Assembly: GCA_000934665.2 (NCBI GenBank)
Contig: KZ538084.1
Span: forward strand, 1 to 64,000
DNA: 64,000 nucleotides
Origin: Catajapyx aquilonaris
Taxonomy: Eukaryota
Direction: 5' to 3'
This document shows, piece after piece, positions 12,056 to 26,500 of this stretch; the first letter of the stretch is position 1; every line of letters starts with the position of its first letter. The notes below the pieces were generated by a model. That model had not been told where the DNA came from and did no database searches. It worked only from the letters and a program-made list of their open reading frames with translations. The position numbers were made by a program, and so were the translations under genes.

Positions 12056-15000
12056 TTAGTCTTCCATAGTACCTCCTATAAATTAGGCGAGGCCTGCGAA
12101 TAAAAAATAAATATCCAGTTGTATCGGATGGTGTTTGGTAATTCACATTTATCGAGTTATCGGTTCTTTATACATTGAAATAAGTATGGCATAATTTGTG
12201 TGTCACATTCTCATCACATAGGCCTATTTCTAGTCTTTAACTATAAAAAGAGCTGCTTTTAAAGTGCTTGTTACATTTTTGTGCACGCGAATTCAAGAGA
12301 AAACATATAGAATCAAACTGCACATTTCCACTGCTTTAAAGTAATACAGAGCGACCACACCCAACTACCCAGTATTCTTTATTCTGTTTACAGTTTCAAC
12401 TACTGCAAGTTTCAAGAGATTCCGAGCGAAGCGGTGCGGTGGTTGATCTCCAAACCGCTAAAAATGAAATGCTCGTTACGGCTTGGCCCAGATGTAGGCC
12501 ACGTAAATAACTGGAGGGGAAGGGTAGAGTAGGGATCTGATAAACTACTGTAGTGGCCAATAAACTAATCATAATTGCATCTCTCCCCCACACCCTAACT
12601 AGTGTAACTCATGCTGGTAGGCTCATGTACAAGTCCGCCCCATTCTTTCCAAAGCCGCATTATGTTTCAATCAATGACAGAACATGCAATTCACAGGTGT
12701 AAAAGGAGTGATTAGGGTGTAATGAATATACTGGCATAAGTAGAGGTCATTGGGTCAGTGGCTTCCTGTGCTCGTAATGCTTAATGTCGCCTCTGCCTCT
12801 GCCAGAGATGGCTCCCAGATGGCAGCAATATTGGCCATTGTGGACCAGGGTGCATTGTTGACCCCCAGAGATCCCATTATGGAACTCCCTCAAGAGCCTC
12901 TCCCGCTTTTCCCCTCCAAGGACCAGGGGGGGAGGAGGGGGAATAGCTGCTTGGTGGGAGCCTAACTTTTCGACGTTTATTCGGTGGACGAGTCAGCGAT
13001 TCTCCAGCCTGCTATTTAGGTTCACTCCATATGTCTATCAAACGTTTTGCGGAGTCGTAATCTGGAATTGCGTTTTCGGCTATGGCAGACGGATGAAATC
13101 GTTTGTAAAATGTGCAAGTTTCGGGCACAATATGGTTCGCCTGGGCACTAGGCAGCCATCATGTTCAATACCAGTTTTGTAACGCACATATGTGTTATTA
13201 ATAATTTTATAGTGGTTTAATGGAGGAAAGTGTGCAATAGTGTGCAATAATGTAAACTGTTGATGCCATTTTTAATAATAATGCGGTAGCATTTACTGTA
13301 TATGTGTGGTACCAAAATGTGATGATACTGCTAGGGAGGTCAACAAATGCAATTCTGTAAATTTCATTATTTTCATAATTTCATACCCCAAATTGTTTTC
13401 TGCTTTAGTAGATTTCACAGAATATGTGTTATATTCCAAATCCAATTAGGATCAAGCGTACCATATTTGAGGGTCAGAGGAATGATGATTAGCCTGAGTG
13501 TTTGATGTAATTATTTAGTTGCGGACATTTATATGACAAAAAAAGGATATGGAATTTTCAATATCTTACTGTACAGGTTCATTGCGTTCATGTATTCTCA
13601 GTTTACTGTACCTCGTACGGCAGCACCCCTTATACATACATCCAAAACCATTAGGCATTTTAAGATTATCCCCAGAGCTCTTGCTGATGATTGATGTCCT
13701 GATACTTGATAGATATTGATCATGGCTTGGAGGCAATCCATAATTTGGATCCTACACTTCTTCCACTACCTTAAAAATCTGTATTTACACTGAAAAACTA
13801 GCACACGTACTGTAGGCTCTGTATTTTCACTTTATCATTTATCTTAATCTCGTCCAGTAGGGGGAAAGAAACGTATCTGGTGTCAAGCAGTACAATGAGA
13901 GTGCAAGTCATCAGGCTGCATAAATGACCAGTATTTATTCATTAGCTGTGAAATGGGCCACAAGGGCATCTTGATGACCATAGTACATGCCTGGTTAGAT
14001 AAGTGAGTAACCCATGCTATTTTTCACGCCAGCCAGACATTTGTTGCTGTCCTCTCCTTTCCCACTCCATCTTGGGACCCGCCATCTTCACCCTCACCAA
14101 AAGTAAGCCCACTCCATTTTCCCCCATCTCCCACAACTGCATGGAAAATAAAAAGGGGGCTAGTAATATAGGCTAGTCCTTACACAAGGAGGAATAAATC
14201 CAAGAATGAATGACACGCAATAGATCGTGTTAAAGTATACATGGAAGATCCCCCTCCCTCCCTCTTCCCTTCTCATCCTGCCCCCCCTCTAACTCCGTCC
14301 TGTGGCCTCAAATGCAGGATAGATATTTTTTCCCCTTTAAAGCGGGAATAACTGAAGACTTGGAAGAAGAGGAATGTTGGAGGGGGTGCAATGGAGGGAA
14401 GAAAGATTGCCCTGCCACCTTTTTGTGTCCTCCAGGAGAGGGAGATGGAAAGGGAGCCGGTGGGAAATGGAAACAGTGGAAGACCTTCGAGAAGGGGCCC
14501 CTACAAAGGGATACTGACCCCTTCTCGCCTGATAGCGTTTTTCAAAGGAAGGTTGCAGGAGTGAGATAGAAGGGGAAAAAAGAGCCTAAGAAAAAAAATA
14601 GTGCCTCGCATTATTTTCCAGGGGGTAGAGAGGCATGTTTCATGACCCTCCCATTGTTTTCCAATATGACAACCACTTCCCCAATTCACGTCACACCATC
14701 CAATTCTTAAATGTTCACTGGCGTCTCCCTGCGGATGTAAGTGGAGTTTAATTTTCTTGAAAGGTGTTGAAGTGTTACTGTAGTAACCTCGCGTTTGGTA
14801 TAATTCACTAGAGTTGGCTGGAGCCGGCCGTATGACATCGTGGGGTCAGTCGGGAGACGCCATTTAGTCCAATTGGCCAAAGCCTGGCGGGCACTGCGCA
14901 CTACCATACGTCTCTATGTCACTCATAAGTCGGTCTCTACTACCCGGGCAGAATCCCACAACGCTGGTGTGCAAAGAACCCTCCGTAGTGCCGGATGTTG

Positions 15001-17278
15001 TCGTTATATTAGCAGACCTTCATAATTCAGGCGCATGTTAGTAGGATGCCTACTGGGAAAAGCTATTAACCGCCGGCCTACCTGCAGCATTAGGAGAACA
15101 AGATTATTCTCTAACCGTTATATTCCTAACTGAATACGCTAAAGTGATTTATAGAACAAAAGTTTCAGAGTATCTGGAATTTTGGATGCATTCGTGTGAA
15201 ATGTAGGATAGCCCCAAAGATTATCAAGGTAAAGCTGGGATGGTGGATATTTCTAGCCGCCTAATGCCTAGCATCTTGAAAGTTTGGGTGGGAGAATGTC
15301 AGGATGTAGCACTCTACATCAACTATAACGCAGGCGAAGGCACAAGACCATATCAGCTAATCCCAGAGGGTCGTTGACGAATAGCTCTGCCTGTACTCAG
15401 CCTTACATTATATGGACAAGACGACCAAGTTTCAACGAAATGAAATACTACCAGGTGGTAATAATATCTGCCAGACTTCTATGGGATCGTTAGATAACAT
15501 ACGTTACGCTGATTGGGAGGTTGATGCCAGCGTGACGGACGGTGACGTACTGCAGTAGAAGAGGGGCGTATTTAAAAAACGTAACAGTGACAATGCTCTA
15601 TGTAGCTGTCTATATCATTTTGCCACAGTATAGTTTCACTCTGATAAAATAGCAACTTAAAGCTGAAAATTTTACACACGAACCACTTTGCCTTTAAGCA
15701 TCTCAACCCATGTCCAAGACCAAATCGTGCAGGTTGTGACAAAAAATAGACTTTGTACATGTTTCTTGTAGGGAAAAAGTTGATGACTCGCTGTTTGAAA
15801 AGCCGCAACCGCACCTGTCCACATCGGCTCCAGAAAAGGATGCCTGCTAATTTACATGGGTCTAGCATCACATTCTCATTTTTTCGTCCTTACGAGGACA
15901 ACGTGACCGTATTTTTTGTCGGCTGGACTGCTCTAGGCTAACGCTTCCAACATCCAGGATAGGTGCCTGTTCAGCAATAAAACATGACCCATGCTATTGT
16001 ATTATTTTAATTTCTCTCACGTCTTGACAAGATTCTCTTCATGTGGAAAAAGCCAGGTAGCTGACAAGTGTGACAGTTATTGAGATTCTCACTTGTGCAA
16101 CAAGTCCACTAGGTTGAGACATACCCGCTTTCACCTTCCACCTGGCCATTCGTTATACATCTTATTAATGACATTCTTCTCAAGGCAAATTGGCTCGTTA
16201 GTGCTCTAACAGGAATATTCCTGAATATGAATCGCGGGACAAGGAAAATAGCCCACCACCGAGTGGGTTCCATCACTACGCTATCTCAGATCCATTATTA
16301 TGTAAACACGAGCGGAAAATTAATCAGAAATTACGACACGGTCAATTTTACGCAAAATGGAGCTCCATTTAGGACCCTCCTCTTCTCCAAAAGCTCTCCA
16401 CTCCAGCAGCGTTCCTCATTTTCAATGCTAAATCCTAGTCTCCTATCTGGGGGTGTGGTATGGAAATCATCATTCTCTCCAGCCAGTCAGCCTCTTCTTG
16501 GGCGATCGTCTTATCCCCGCCGGCCTTCCACCCCTGAAAAGTGTGTCGAGAGCCGCCCATCTTCTACCACTACCATTACCACCCTGGGGCCCAACGCAAG
16601 AGACCTGCTGCATGCCCTCGCAGTTCCATCATCACCACTCGCTTCCGTCGCCATTGCTAATCCTGTTAGAGATACCGTACCAGTAACCAAATCCGTTCCA
16701 ATCGTCTCCAACCTCCAGACCCAGCAGTTTCAGACTCATCCTCTTCAGTCACCACCGTCAAATAAACGCACTTCCACCTATCCAGACAGATAGACCAGCC
16801 TCTGGCCCATTTCTATTGATTACCTGTTCCTGACTAGCATCATCTTTCTAGGGTTGGATAGCTGCTATTCTAGAATGATGAGTCGGCGTATAGATGGGAC
16901 TCATATTTGAGCCGAGATGCGTGACTCTGGATGACTGACCCAGTTTTAGGTGTGTCGATCAGCTGTCGGGGTGCATTTAACTTCCAGACACATGTAGCTT
17001 TCCCCTAGGGTGATAATGATACTGGGGTTCAGTTAGTGTTGGTTCGTGCTTGTAAGTAAGGTGGGCCTAGAGGGTCATCAGCAGCCAGAAACTGTACCAT
17101 ATGAGTAAGAAAGTTAATGGCACCATGTGTGGTCGGATGCAAGCCTTCCAGCACATGTTATACTATAAGGTAAGGTAAATAGCCAATTATGTCTGTAATG
17201 GGGCTGCAAAAACCAAATGACACTACATGAAATGATCATCATGCCACCAAGAGGCTGTCGGTGTTATTACGGAACATA

Positions 17279-17332
17279 CTGTATTTGAATACTGGGTGTT
17301 ACTATATAGTAACATCCAGTATTCAAATACAG
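17279..17332. repeat. Near-perfect 54-bp palindrome abutting a short CAGGGTG...CACCCTG remnant (17330-17418)
   Basis: ctgtatttgaatactgggtgttacta|tagtaacatccagtattcaaatacag, one mismatch, no loop. Confidence 0.8.
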
Positions 17333-18422
17333 GGTGGCACACAAGTGGCACCAGTTTTAGAGTGTATATAGTGGTGCTTCCCGCTGGCAGTACAATATAC
17401 TTGTATACAAACACCCTGTACTTCCTAATTTACCTTTCAATGCTTTCATGCAAATTTAGGCCTACTAAAGCGCAAATATCTAATAAAAACTGTGATTGTA
17501 GTAACTGTCGTCCTAAGTTATAGATCTGGATCCATGGTGAAGTAGTCGCTGATGCGCAGTCCATTGCTGACAAAAATGATGGCATTTTACAGCTACATCA
17601 TGCAGCAAAGTAAGCAGCTACATCTACTGTATGATTACTTTTTGCGTGTTTGTAGCCCAATATTCTGTGAAATGAGCTTACACCTTACCACATGAAAAAT
17701 CTGCCTATATTAGCGCTGCTCCTTGCATGACCGGACACAACCGTTCAATAGTCCGAACAGGGTTTAATGTTGCGAGAAAGGGTCGTCAGCTCACAACATA
17801 GGACAGCGAACATTGCGTAACTTCATGGCTACATAGCTCTTCATAAATACAACAGGTCAGTGTAAGAGTTAACTATTTATTAAATATGTTTGATAATAAC
17901 TGACATGTGCACTAGTTCTTATTGAAGAAAAAAATATCTTCAACTTTAATTTACTCAAATTCTTCACAGAATCCTGTAATGCAATAAATGTCGGTCTCTC
18001 TTGAACAAGGCAATAAATGCGATCTATTCAGGTGAACAGCTCCTGATTAGGGGGTCGAAATTGGATCCAAATAACTGACCCAAAATTTCGCTCTTCAGGA
18101 GCCACTTACTCGCATGTAAGAGCGTAATAACGTGCCTTTGGAGTAGCTGAAGGCTTTTCCTCTAGTAGGCGCCTTCTAGGGATCCCTAGCCTATATATAT
18201 TAACCTGCTCTTCGGGTTATTGATGATCCGGAAGGTAGGAAGGGGGGAAAAAAAGAGGGTGGGCACCGTTGGGAGCCTCTTGGAATTGCCTTTTTCTAAG
18301 CCTCATTCATTCGTTCATTCATTCCTTTACTCCTGTCAAAAAACAATTATTTGTCAGGTCGGGATCAAACTTGTTAGAATATTATGTATGATCTTTTTTT
18401 GTGCGTGCAGAATATGTATATA

Positions 18423-18637
18423 CGGGTGTTCCAAATTCGTGGGTCGTTTTTTATAACTGATATCGCCCGATATAGCTTATTGTGCCCCTAACCAGGTGCC
18501 CCATTTTATAGCAACTGCTATATTCGACCCCATTAGTAATGGGGAACCTGGGTCGGGGCACAAGAAGCTACACAAAAATAACTAATATCGGGCGATATCA
18601 GTTATAAAAAAACGACCCACGAATTTGGAACACCCTG
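18423..18637. mobile_element. Tc1/mariner-type MITE family M1
   Basis: TA flanks; ~50-bp TIRs c(a)gggtgttccaaattcgtgggtcgttttttataactgatatcgcccgata; homologous to 48912-49550 and 58598-59283. Confidence 0.9.
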
Positions 18638-18776
18638 TATATAAACGGAAACGTTTATCGGTATGTACCACTTCCCTGCTTCACTTCCGCCCCGCATCAT
18701 GGCAACGGGTTATCATAGCAATGGGGTCCATTCTTCAATTCCCGTGCGAAGAACGGGTTTCCTGCTAGTAGTATTA

Positions 18777-18987
18777 CAGGGTATCTCAACTTTTTTGTCC
18801 GAACAGTTATCGGAAAAGCCTATGTAGCTTCTAGCTATGTAGCCAGAATATGTCCCCAACATTCCTGGCACATCCCTCAACTGATAAAGCCACGGAAGCA
18901 TCACTGGTTACAAGTCACTGCTAACAAATAAGCAGCTTAGTGCAATATTTCCGATCACTGTTCGGACAAAAAAGTTGAGACACCCTG
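18777..18987. mobile_element. Tc1/mariner-type MITE family M2
   Basis: TA|cagggtatctcaacttttttgtccgaacagttatcggaaa ... tttccgatcactgttcggacaaaaaagttgagacaccctg|TA; same family as 20052-20383. Confidence 0.9.
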
Positions 18988-20051
18988 TATAAACGATAGC
19001 CTTTCCGTTGTCTGAGCCCTGTCTGAGCCTGCTATGGATGCAACTGACAACTGAGTTCAGAGAATTATTTGGCGACATGTTCGAGATACATTATGCAGCT
19101 TACCGAGTCCATGCCTTGGGTGTCAAGCTACGTACTTATTACATTACGCTCCACACTCCTCTTGTGTAGGCCTAAAATTTGGTACAATGCGAACAGCCAG
19201 GCATAATAAGCCGTTTATTTCGTTGTGTAGTCTGTGACGCTTCCGTCGTCATACGAAATCCAGAAATTTGTTGCCGGAAATTACTCGGCGAATTACCAGT
19301 TTTGGCGTAACTGAGAGAGCAAGCATTCATTTCATTAACCGCTGACAAGCATTACCAAATTATTATCCGCTAACATTCCTTCTTCAGCTCTTACGACATT
19401 TTGAGCGCTTATCAGCCAGGCAGGCAGGCAGGCTGGCAAGAACTTGTGCGACTCCAGACCCAAAACAGAAAGGCAGTCAACCATGGCTTTCTTCTACAGG
19501 ATTGCTACTCCGGGTGTGAGATAGAGAAAGGAGCTAGATGGAGCCAGAAAAATTCCATATATTATACAATACGTATACTAGTATATGAGCTTGAAGCATT
19601 CAGGGTTTCCATTACGGCGCAGTTAGGGCTTCATTGTCTGGTCTTAAGGTATCAAAAGCGACTCATAATTCCTCGTCATAAATGCCGCCTATGCGCCATT
19701 AACGCACGGATTGGATATCAAAAGGGAACGCTGGCAAGCCGGCATAACGTCCATTCCGCCATTGTTGCAGCCTCCAATTGTGAGGTGAGAAATTTCTCAA
19801 TTAAGCCTCGAAACTCGCCGCCTGCACAATAACGTCGGCTTGGAAATGGCAAGATTAACCCTTCACTTGAAAGATTGTACGTAATAATGACTCATGCCCC
19901 CAGGCAACTCATGCCACTCCGGCGGTCCCATTTCACGCCCTTTTTTGTTTTGTTTCCCTATACACAGCCGCCGCTTGTTTTTGCGTTTTGAATTGCCTCT
20001 ATGTAGTAGTAATATAACACTGGAGACGGGCAGCCTAAATTTTTATTTATA

Positions 20052-20383
20052 CAGGGTGTTTCAACTTTTTTGTCCGAACAGTTATCGGAAAATTGCACGT
20101 AGCTGCTACATTGTAAGCAGTGACTTGCAAACGGTGATTTTTCGGAGGAACGGGGAATGTTCTCTGCGAATCGTAGGTTGAAGTGGCATATACGTGCTGC
20201 CCGCTGAAAATTGAGGGTCAATCCTGGAAAAAAGAGGGTCGCACATGCCATGGGATGTGTGGCCCTCTTTTTCCCCATTCCCCATTCCTCCGACAAATCA
20301 CCGGTTGCAAGTCACTACTTACAAAGTACCAGCTACGTGCAATTTTCCGATAACTGCTCGGACAAGAAAGTTGAAACACCCTG
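20052..20383. mobile_element. Tc1/mariner-type MITE family M2 with ~105-bp TIRs
   Basis: TA flanks; long imperfect TIRs beginning cagggtgtttcaact. Confidence 0.92.
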
Positions 20384-20498
20384 TATACCGTACGCAACAT
20401 ATTTTATGGGCCGTAGCCCCTAAGTAAGACCGTATTATGCCATTTCAATAATGAATTTTTCCAACTTGTTCTTGTTACGTTGTTTTTATTCGCCTTAA

Positions 20499-20634
20499 AG
20501 GTGCATTTACATGTGAGCGATTTGACGAGCGAAATCTTCACCGAGGCTGAAATTAACAATCGATTGTCGCCTCAAACAATATTGGTTACTTGTGTTACTC
20601 TGCCTCGTCAAATCGCTCACATGTAAACGTACCT
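20499..20634. mobile_element. Harbinger-type MITE family H1
   Basis: TAA TSD on both sides; TIR aggtgcatttacatgtgagcgatttgacgag / ctcgtcaaatcgctcacatgtaaacgtacct. Confidence 0.9.
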
Positions 20635-23070
20635 TAACTTAAGTTCTGCTACAGATAGAGCTTCTACATTTTGAACACATATCCCCACAGTCATGACGTG
20701 CATGTTAAATATCATCAATATTAAATATTATTTTGATATTGTCTAACCGTGGATAACAGGGGGACGACTGTAAACTAAATCCGAACGAATTGGAGCTTTC
20801 AGTGATTGAGACTTCAGTACTCGTTATTGACATTGTAACCTTAAACAGCTTTTCTTACAAGGTTACTCCTAAGGCGGGACTGAACGAAAAGCTTGGTGAG
20901 GAAAGAAATCGATGAGACAATCCTCCAATGCAATCAAGTGCTCTTGCTTTATTGTCAAATATATTATTTTCCTCCTGCCCTAAAATTTTTTGGCCTAGTT
21001 CTGAAGGGCTATAGAAGACCGCACCCAGCATAGCCCATCACGATGCGTACGTAAACGGAAACAGCAAGGGAACCCACAACTGACTGCAATAATAACATAA
21101 GGCATGAAAACTGGGGAGCAATCGACATTTATAGCCGTTGGTGGAGGAATCTCGCGGCTCCAATCCGGTTTGGCCGTTTCCATCGAACGGCCAAAGACGA
21201 CAAAGGGTTCCACCTTCCAAATTGTGACATGGGCAACAATCACTGCTGGTCAAAATCCGAATTTAGCGACCCTCGTTTCCACTTTGGACGGCCCCAACTT
21301 GATTTCTTCGGGATGGCGCCTGCTGCCTCAAGGACTCTTAAAGGAGCTTAGAACGTCTCAACCTTCTACGACTCCTAACAACTGATCTTGGGAATCAGTG
21401 GCCCACTTCTATCTAGGAACATTTGACTAATTGCTCACTCGCAGGACACAACAATACAATTTGCGAATACGTTAAATTGAATTTCAGATATTTTAAAAAT
21501 CGGTTCATAGGCACACTTAATGTACACAAACTGTAAGTTAGCTATATTTTAATTAATGCGAAAGTGTGATGAAAAGTGAGCCAAATCTACAGATCAATCA
21601 CAGAGAGCAATAAAAAATTATTACGTTAAAACTTGATCGAATGATGGCGGCGGTCTGATCAAACGAACTTGACAGCCCCACATTCCAAAAACCAGCTGAA
21701 TAGTTGTTTTTGTGCTAATCACGATTTGTAGATAAATTTCGTTTCATTTTTGCTGTGGGTTCATTCAGTCTATCTAATCTTTAAGACAATTTTTTTGCTA
21801 TCAGTTAATTAAAACCTGTCGTAGGCGACTTAAATCATGTCAATATAAATTGTGCCAGTATTTTGCGCGTCACATCTGACCGCAGAAATATTTCTTTACA
21901 AGATCCGCATCATTAAAATGTAACGGATGAAGTATGACAAATGTTCTCTTAAAATGTTGATTGGGGCTATCACCGTTTTAATATACTGGCTGGAACAATA
22001 GACACTGTCAGATTTATATCAGTAAGAAATTTCGCCTTACTTTCATTCTCCGCCTCCTAACCTTTTATAGTTATATAACGGTATACAGTAATACACTACT
22101 ACGAAGCAAAAATTTATGTTAGTTCTCATAACATACGCTCATACCTGCGATTTTTAAAAATATTTCAAAGGGCCTAGGCCTCAGGAGACGAGTGGAGCTT
22201 GCATGAATTTTTTTTATTAATGATACTGTCTGCAGAGTTTTTAGTCACACACATCACTGACCTACCCTATAATTAAATTTTGTGCTGCCTACTGATTTTT
22301 CATTTTAATGCTCCATTGAAGGGTGTTCACTATGCACAAGGGTGCAAATTTTCAATTTCATTTACATATCCTTTTTTTTCTGGTGAATCGGCAACTCGAA
22401 AAATTACATGCCATTCATCAATGTTATAAAAAGATCATAAAAATGCCTGCTATTTCCAGCATCTCCTGCGGCCATTTGAAATTCCATAACAAATTGCAAA
22501 TTCGCACATATCCGACCATTTGACATGTGTCTCAAGCTACCTAATTTTCGATTCTCCCACTCATTTTTTAAAAAAAAATAGTAGTTGTATAGTATTTGGT
22601 ACGATGTCATAGACATGAGTGGCCTTAGAGCGCAAAATATTAGTGCCAACTACACAATATGCCCCCTGCAAATTTATTAAATTGTCCCAAAAGAAAATTT
22701 TAATTTTAAATCGATTTAAGCCGAGTGTAGAAGCCTACGTTATAAATTAACGCGCATCGATATTTCCCCTATATATTGAAAATGGATTGCATGTATCAAA
22801 TATCGCCTTTCTTACACGTATACCCACCTGCCAGCTGCCCATAACCTGGGGAAGGGGTAGCCCCAAATTTCGGGTTACATCATGGGTGGTCTATCCCGAA
22901 CATGGGCTCAGCTCCCCCTCAGAACCCATGTTCAGACGATCAAGTATTGAAGGCCTTTGACGTCAGTGTGGGCTTAGACACAAGGGGCCACAAATAAATG
23001 TGCCAAAATCACAATAGAATTATTTTCTACTGAGAAAGGTTACCAGAAGACGATGGAGCAATGCACATAC

Positions 23071-23220
23071 ACTCCGTTAAACCAAAGAACGATATGACGT
23101 CACGTTCAGCGGCTGTTTCCTCCTATCATGTCCCCGAATCGCTCTGCAAGCATGATACTGCGCATGCTCAAAAACACGGCTGGTGTGACGTCATATTGTT
23201 CCAGTTTGATTTAACGGACT
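23071..23220. mobile_element. MITE-like inverted-repeat element
   Basis: tccgttaaaccaaagaacgatatgacgtcac pairs with gtgacgtcatattgttccagtttgatttaacgga. Confidence 0.7.
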
Positions 23221-23222
23221 GA

Positions 23223-23349
23223 TGCCCGATTGCACCAACCGAAATTACCGATCCGATAGCTCCTAATGGATCGTTAGGAGCCCTTTTAACGTGTCCTAAT
23301 GATCTGTTAGAAGCTATCGAATCGGTAATTTCGTTGGTGCAATCGGGCA
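23223..23349. mobile_element. Harbinger/Tourist-like MITE
   Basis: TGA|tgcccgattgcaccaaccgaaattaccgat...atcggtaatttcgttggtgcaatcgggca|TGA; nearly the whole element is palindromic. Confidence 0.85.
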
Positions 23350-23357
23350 TGAATGTA

Positions 23358-23568
23358 CAGTCCCGAGCATAAAGTCGGGGACAACAGGCTTTCCCCTTCA
23401 GCAAGGTGCTCAGCAAATCTAAGTCATTACAGTATCAAATATACGGTTATAAATACACGAGCACACGCCTAAAGCAGCTAACTCAGTCCAAAAAAGTCAA
23501 TTAATTTAAGTTCGATAAAGGAAGGTTAGAGGAGGCCCGCAGCGTCTCCAACTTTATGCTCGGGACTG
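23358..23568. mobile_element. Tc1-type MITE
   Basis: TA|cagtcccgagcataaagt ... actttatgctcgggactg|TA. Confidence 0.88.
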
Positions 23569-26500
23569 TACGCATATCCACTATTATTTCTGCATAATTT
23601 CCAACAATTTCGCGACGCTTTTCTCGCATTTTCTATTTTTAAAACTGATTCCTTATTCAATGACACACCCATTCACCACCTATTTTTAGAGTGTAAGGGA
23701 TCATTAATGCCTGCAGTTACTCGTTGTAACATGCATGTAGTCATTATCAATGAATGAATATTATGCAGCTCATGCCCTTTAATAAAATGAATGCACCATG
23801 CAGTGACTACATCTTACAGTATCATTAGGTTCGTTGTACTGTACAGTGTAGATGAAAATATGTATCCGAATGGACGTGCAACAGGGTTTTTGTAAAAAAA
23901 AAAAAAAGGTTGAGTGAAACTGCAGTGCGGGGCTTCTGGAATTTGTAGAATCCGAGGATAGTCAGGATGCTCGAGCATGGAGGTAGAAGAAAGGAGTTGG
24001 AATGCTTGTCGTCAAAGCCTTCCAATGACCACCTTGGACGCTGGGCCAAAGATGACGAGCGTCCTTTGGGCACATCACTCGACGTTTCCCTGCCATCGGA
24101 CTAGCTTTGATGTAGGAATGCAGCTCTCCTGAGGGGGGAATGGAACAGGGGGGAAAAAAAGGAAGGGCATGTCGTGGGTGGTAGGGGGTTGTCTTCCTTA
24201 CCATCACCTCTATACATGCCACCTTGTTTCTCCTCTTTTTTCTACCCCCAAGAGCGTCTTCGGCTGCCCCAGTTAGTGGAGGCCATTATGAGCAGTCAAG
24301 CGTGGAAGCCTTACAGTACACAAGTATAAAACCCATGCACCACCGAGCCAAATAAATCCGCATTTTTATGGTGACACAAGACAGAGCACACTTGACACAA
24401 GGGAAGTTATATATTATTGGTGATATAAAGAGAAAGCGTGAGAGGTAGTTTTGTCATTATGGTCTACCTTTGGGTCTGCTTCTTGGCTGAACCAGATGGT
24501 TATCTGATGGTCAGGTTCATGGGTGAGGTTGTGTTTCTCTTCCTCACTGACGGCCTGTTAGGTTGGTCAGGTGATGGAAGGGTGAGAATGTTGGAAGGGA
24601 GAGATACTCAAGTTGCTGAGTGCATTATTGTGGGAAGCTGTTTGATCTAATAGTGGGTTTTAATGCCAGAGAGGCCAGTTTTTGCATACACATTTACTTA
24701 TTCCTACATGCAAGTTCAGGTAAACTGGAATAGTTCATTTTTGCAACAAAATCTAGGCTAATTATTGATTTACCGTGGCATGAAGCAAATCCGTCCTATG
24801 TAAATGGCAACGTATAATTTCTCCATTGGATTAAAACTAGGATTGCGGTGCTTCAAATCCAACTAACTGAAAACTTGTCTCGTTAGTCTGTACTAATTAA
24901 CAAAACTGGTCGTCACCTTTTTGACACCTCTTCCAGTGGTTTGACGGAACATTTTCAATTTATTAATTTGCGCCGGAATTAACGCAGAATCCAGCTTACC
25001 TGCTAGTGTGCACTTACGACAGCAAAACCTGTAAATTTGGGCAATGTTTGTAAAACTCTTTTAAATACTTTGCACAATACCACCCGTTGTATTCCTGCAT
25101 TGGACTGTCTACTTCTACCTCACTATTCCATCTGCTGTGTGCCCGCAAGCCATGACAACCCACTCATTAGCCTACTGTTTTGGTTATGGTGTACAGGATG
25201 TTTATGAAAAACTCGACAAAGTTTGAATCGCTCCGGGGGTTCAACTGACGCAACGTTTGCATATGATCTGTCCATTATTTGGATTGTTAGGAAGTTTAGT
25301 ATCAGGAAATACACAGTTTTTGTATTTTTATCCACGTGTGCGTTTACAAACGGTCGTGTTTGAGCCACGCGAACGGATCAGCCAATGGTAGTGAGCCAGG
25401 CGTGTCTTTAACCAATCCTGGTCCCAGCACGCTTCCGATATCAGACCAAAGAAACTGTAGCATCTACTGTATCATTACTTTACTAAAAGGCTTACTAAAA
25501 AAGGCTGAATTAATATTTATTTTGCATTGGAATGACAAATTATCCTGCCAGAAAAACTTGCTGGATGAGACAAAATGAATCTTCAGGCCCTGTGGCCCCT
25601 TATCCACGGGCAATGTCCTTCTGGCAGCCCTCCTAGCTCTGGACCCTTCCATTTTTATGTATTTATTATTCCTACCGATCCCCCACATCACTTCCCTATC
25701 CCCGGACAAAACGTTTTCTGCCGAAGAGTTATCCATTTTGCGGAAACAAACCCTCCCCGTAACGTATAAAATGCCAATTTTATTACCCTTGCTAATGACC
25801 TCCGATCTCGACAGCAGCCTTTCACTTTCTCAACTTCTATTCCACCCTCTTCATGTACCCCCCCCTCTTTTCCAATCCCCTCCTTCCCCTAGCCACCTTA
25901 TCACCCGGAAATCCGACATGCAGCATTCCCAATAACCAGGACCCGAGAACATGACTCACAAGGCGATTCGACATGAGACGCCAGGGCCGTTATACTAGGA
26001 CTCATTGTCGTCATGGCAAAGAAGAGTAGGAAGGGGAGACGTCTCAAAATTGATGTTGAAGGGGGCGAATTCGAATGAATTTGTTGGACCCATGGAGACA
26101 CTTTTCTATGTAACGTACCCTACATAGTTAGTTGACTACCCAAGGCATTGTTAAGGCTGGCCAGCGCGCTGTTTTGTTGTGATTCTCAGTAGATGGCGGT
26201 AGGGTAGCATAGTGCCATCTGTCACTGACCTGGAAATGGAACTGTTATGCTTTTTTCATAATGTGGGTGCGGCTGAATCTGTGTGTATAACCTCAACTGA
26301 GGACCGCATTTTTAATATCCGAGCACAAATCCGTCTATTTAATGCGAGTGTAGCCGCTTTTTTCATTAGATTTAGGCCTATGGCGAAATTGGCTCTAACA
26401 TGCTACAGTAGCTCAAGGGGTAATGGGGTATGCGTCTTTACACTAAAATATGCATGTGCTGCTTTATTACTAGCACTTGCAACATGAGGCTCGTGGGTGG

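Noticed and set aside
14250..14590. Long-range pairing between pyrimidine- and purine-rich tracts
   Set aside because: Complementarity is explained by low complexity.
16227..16793. 188-aa ORF
   Set aside because: S/P/T-rich product largely explained by a C-rich island; no domain recognised.
17070..17160. EGLHP resembling the SGNH esterase DGLHP motif (minus strand)
   Set aside because: Single five-residue motif with no other blocks.
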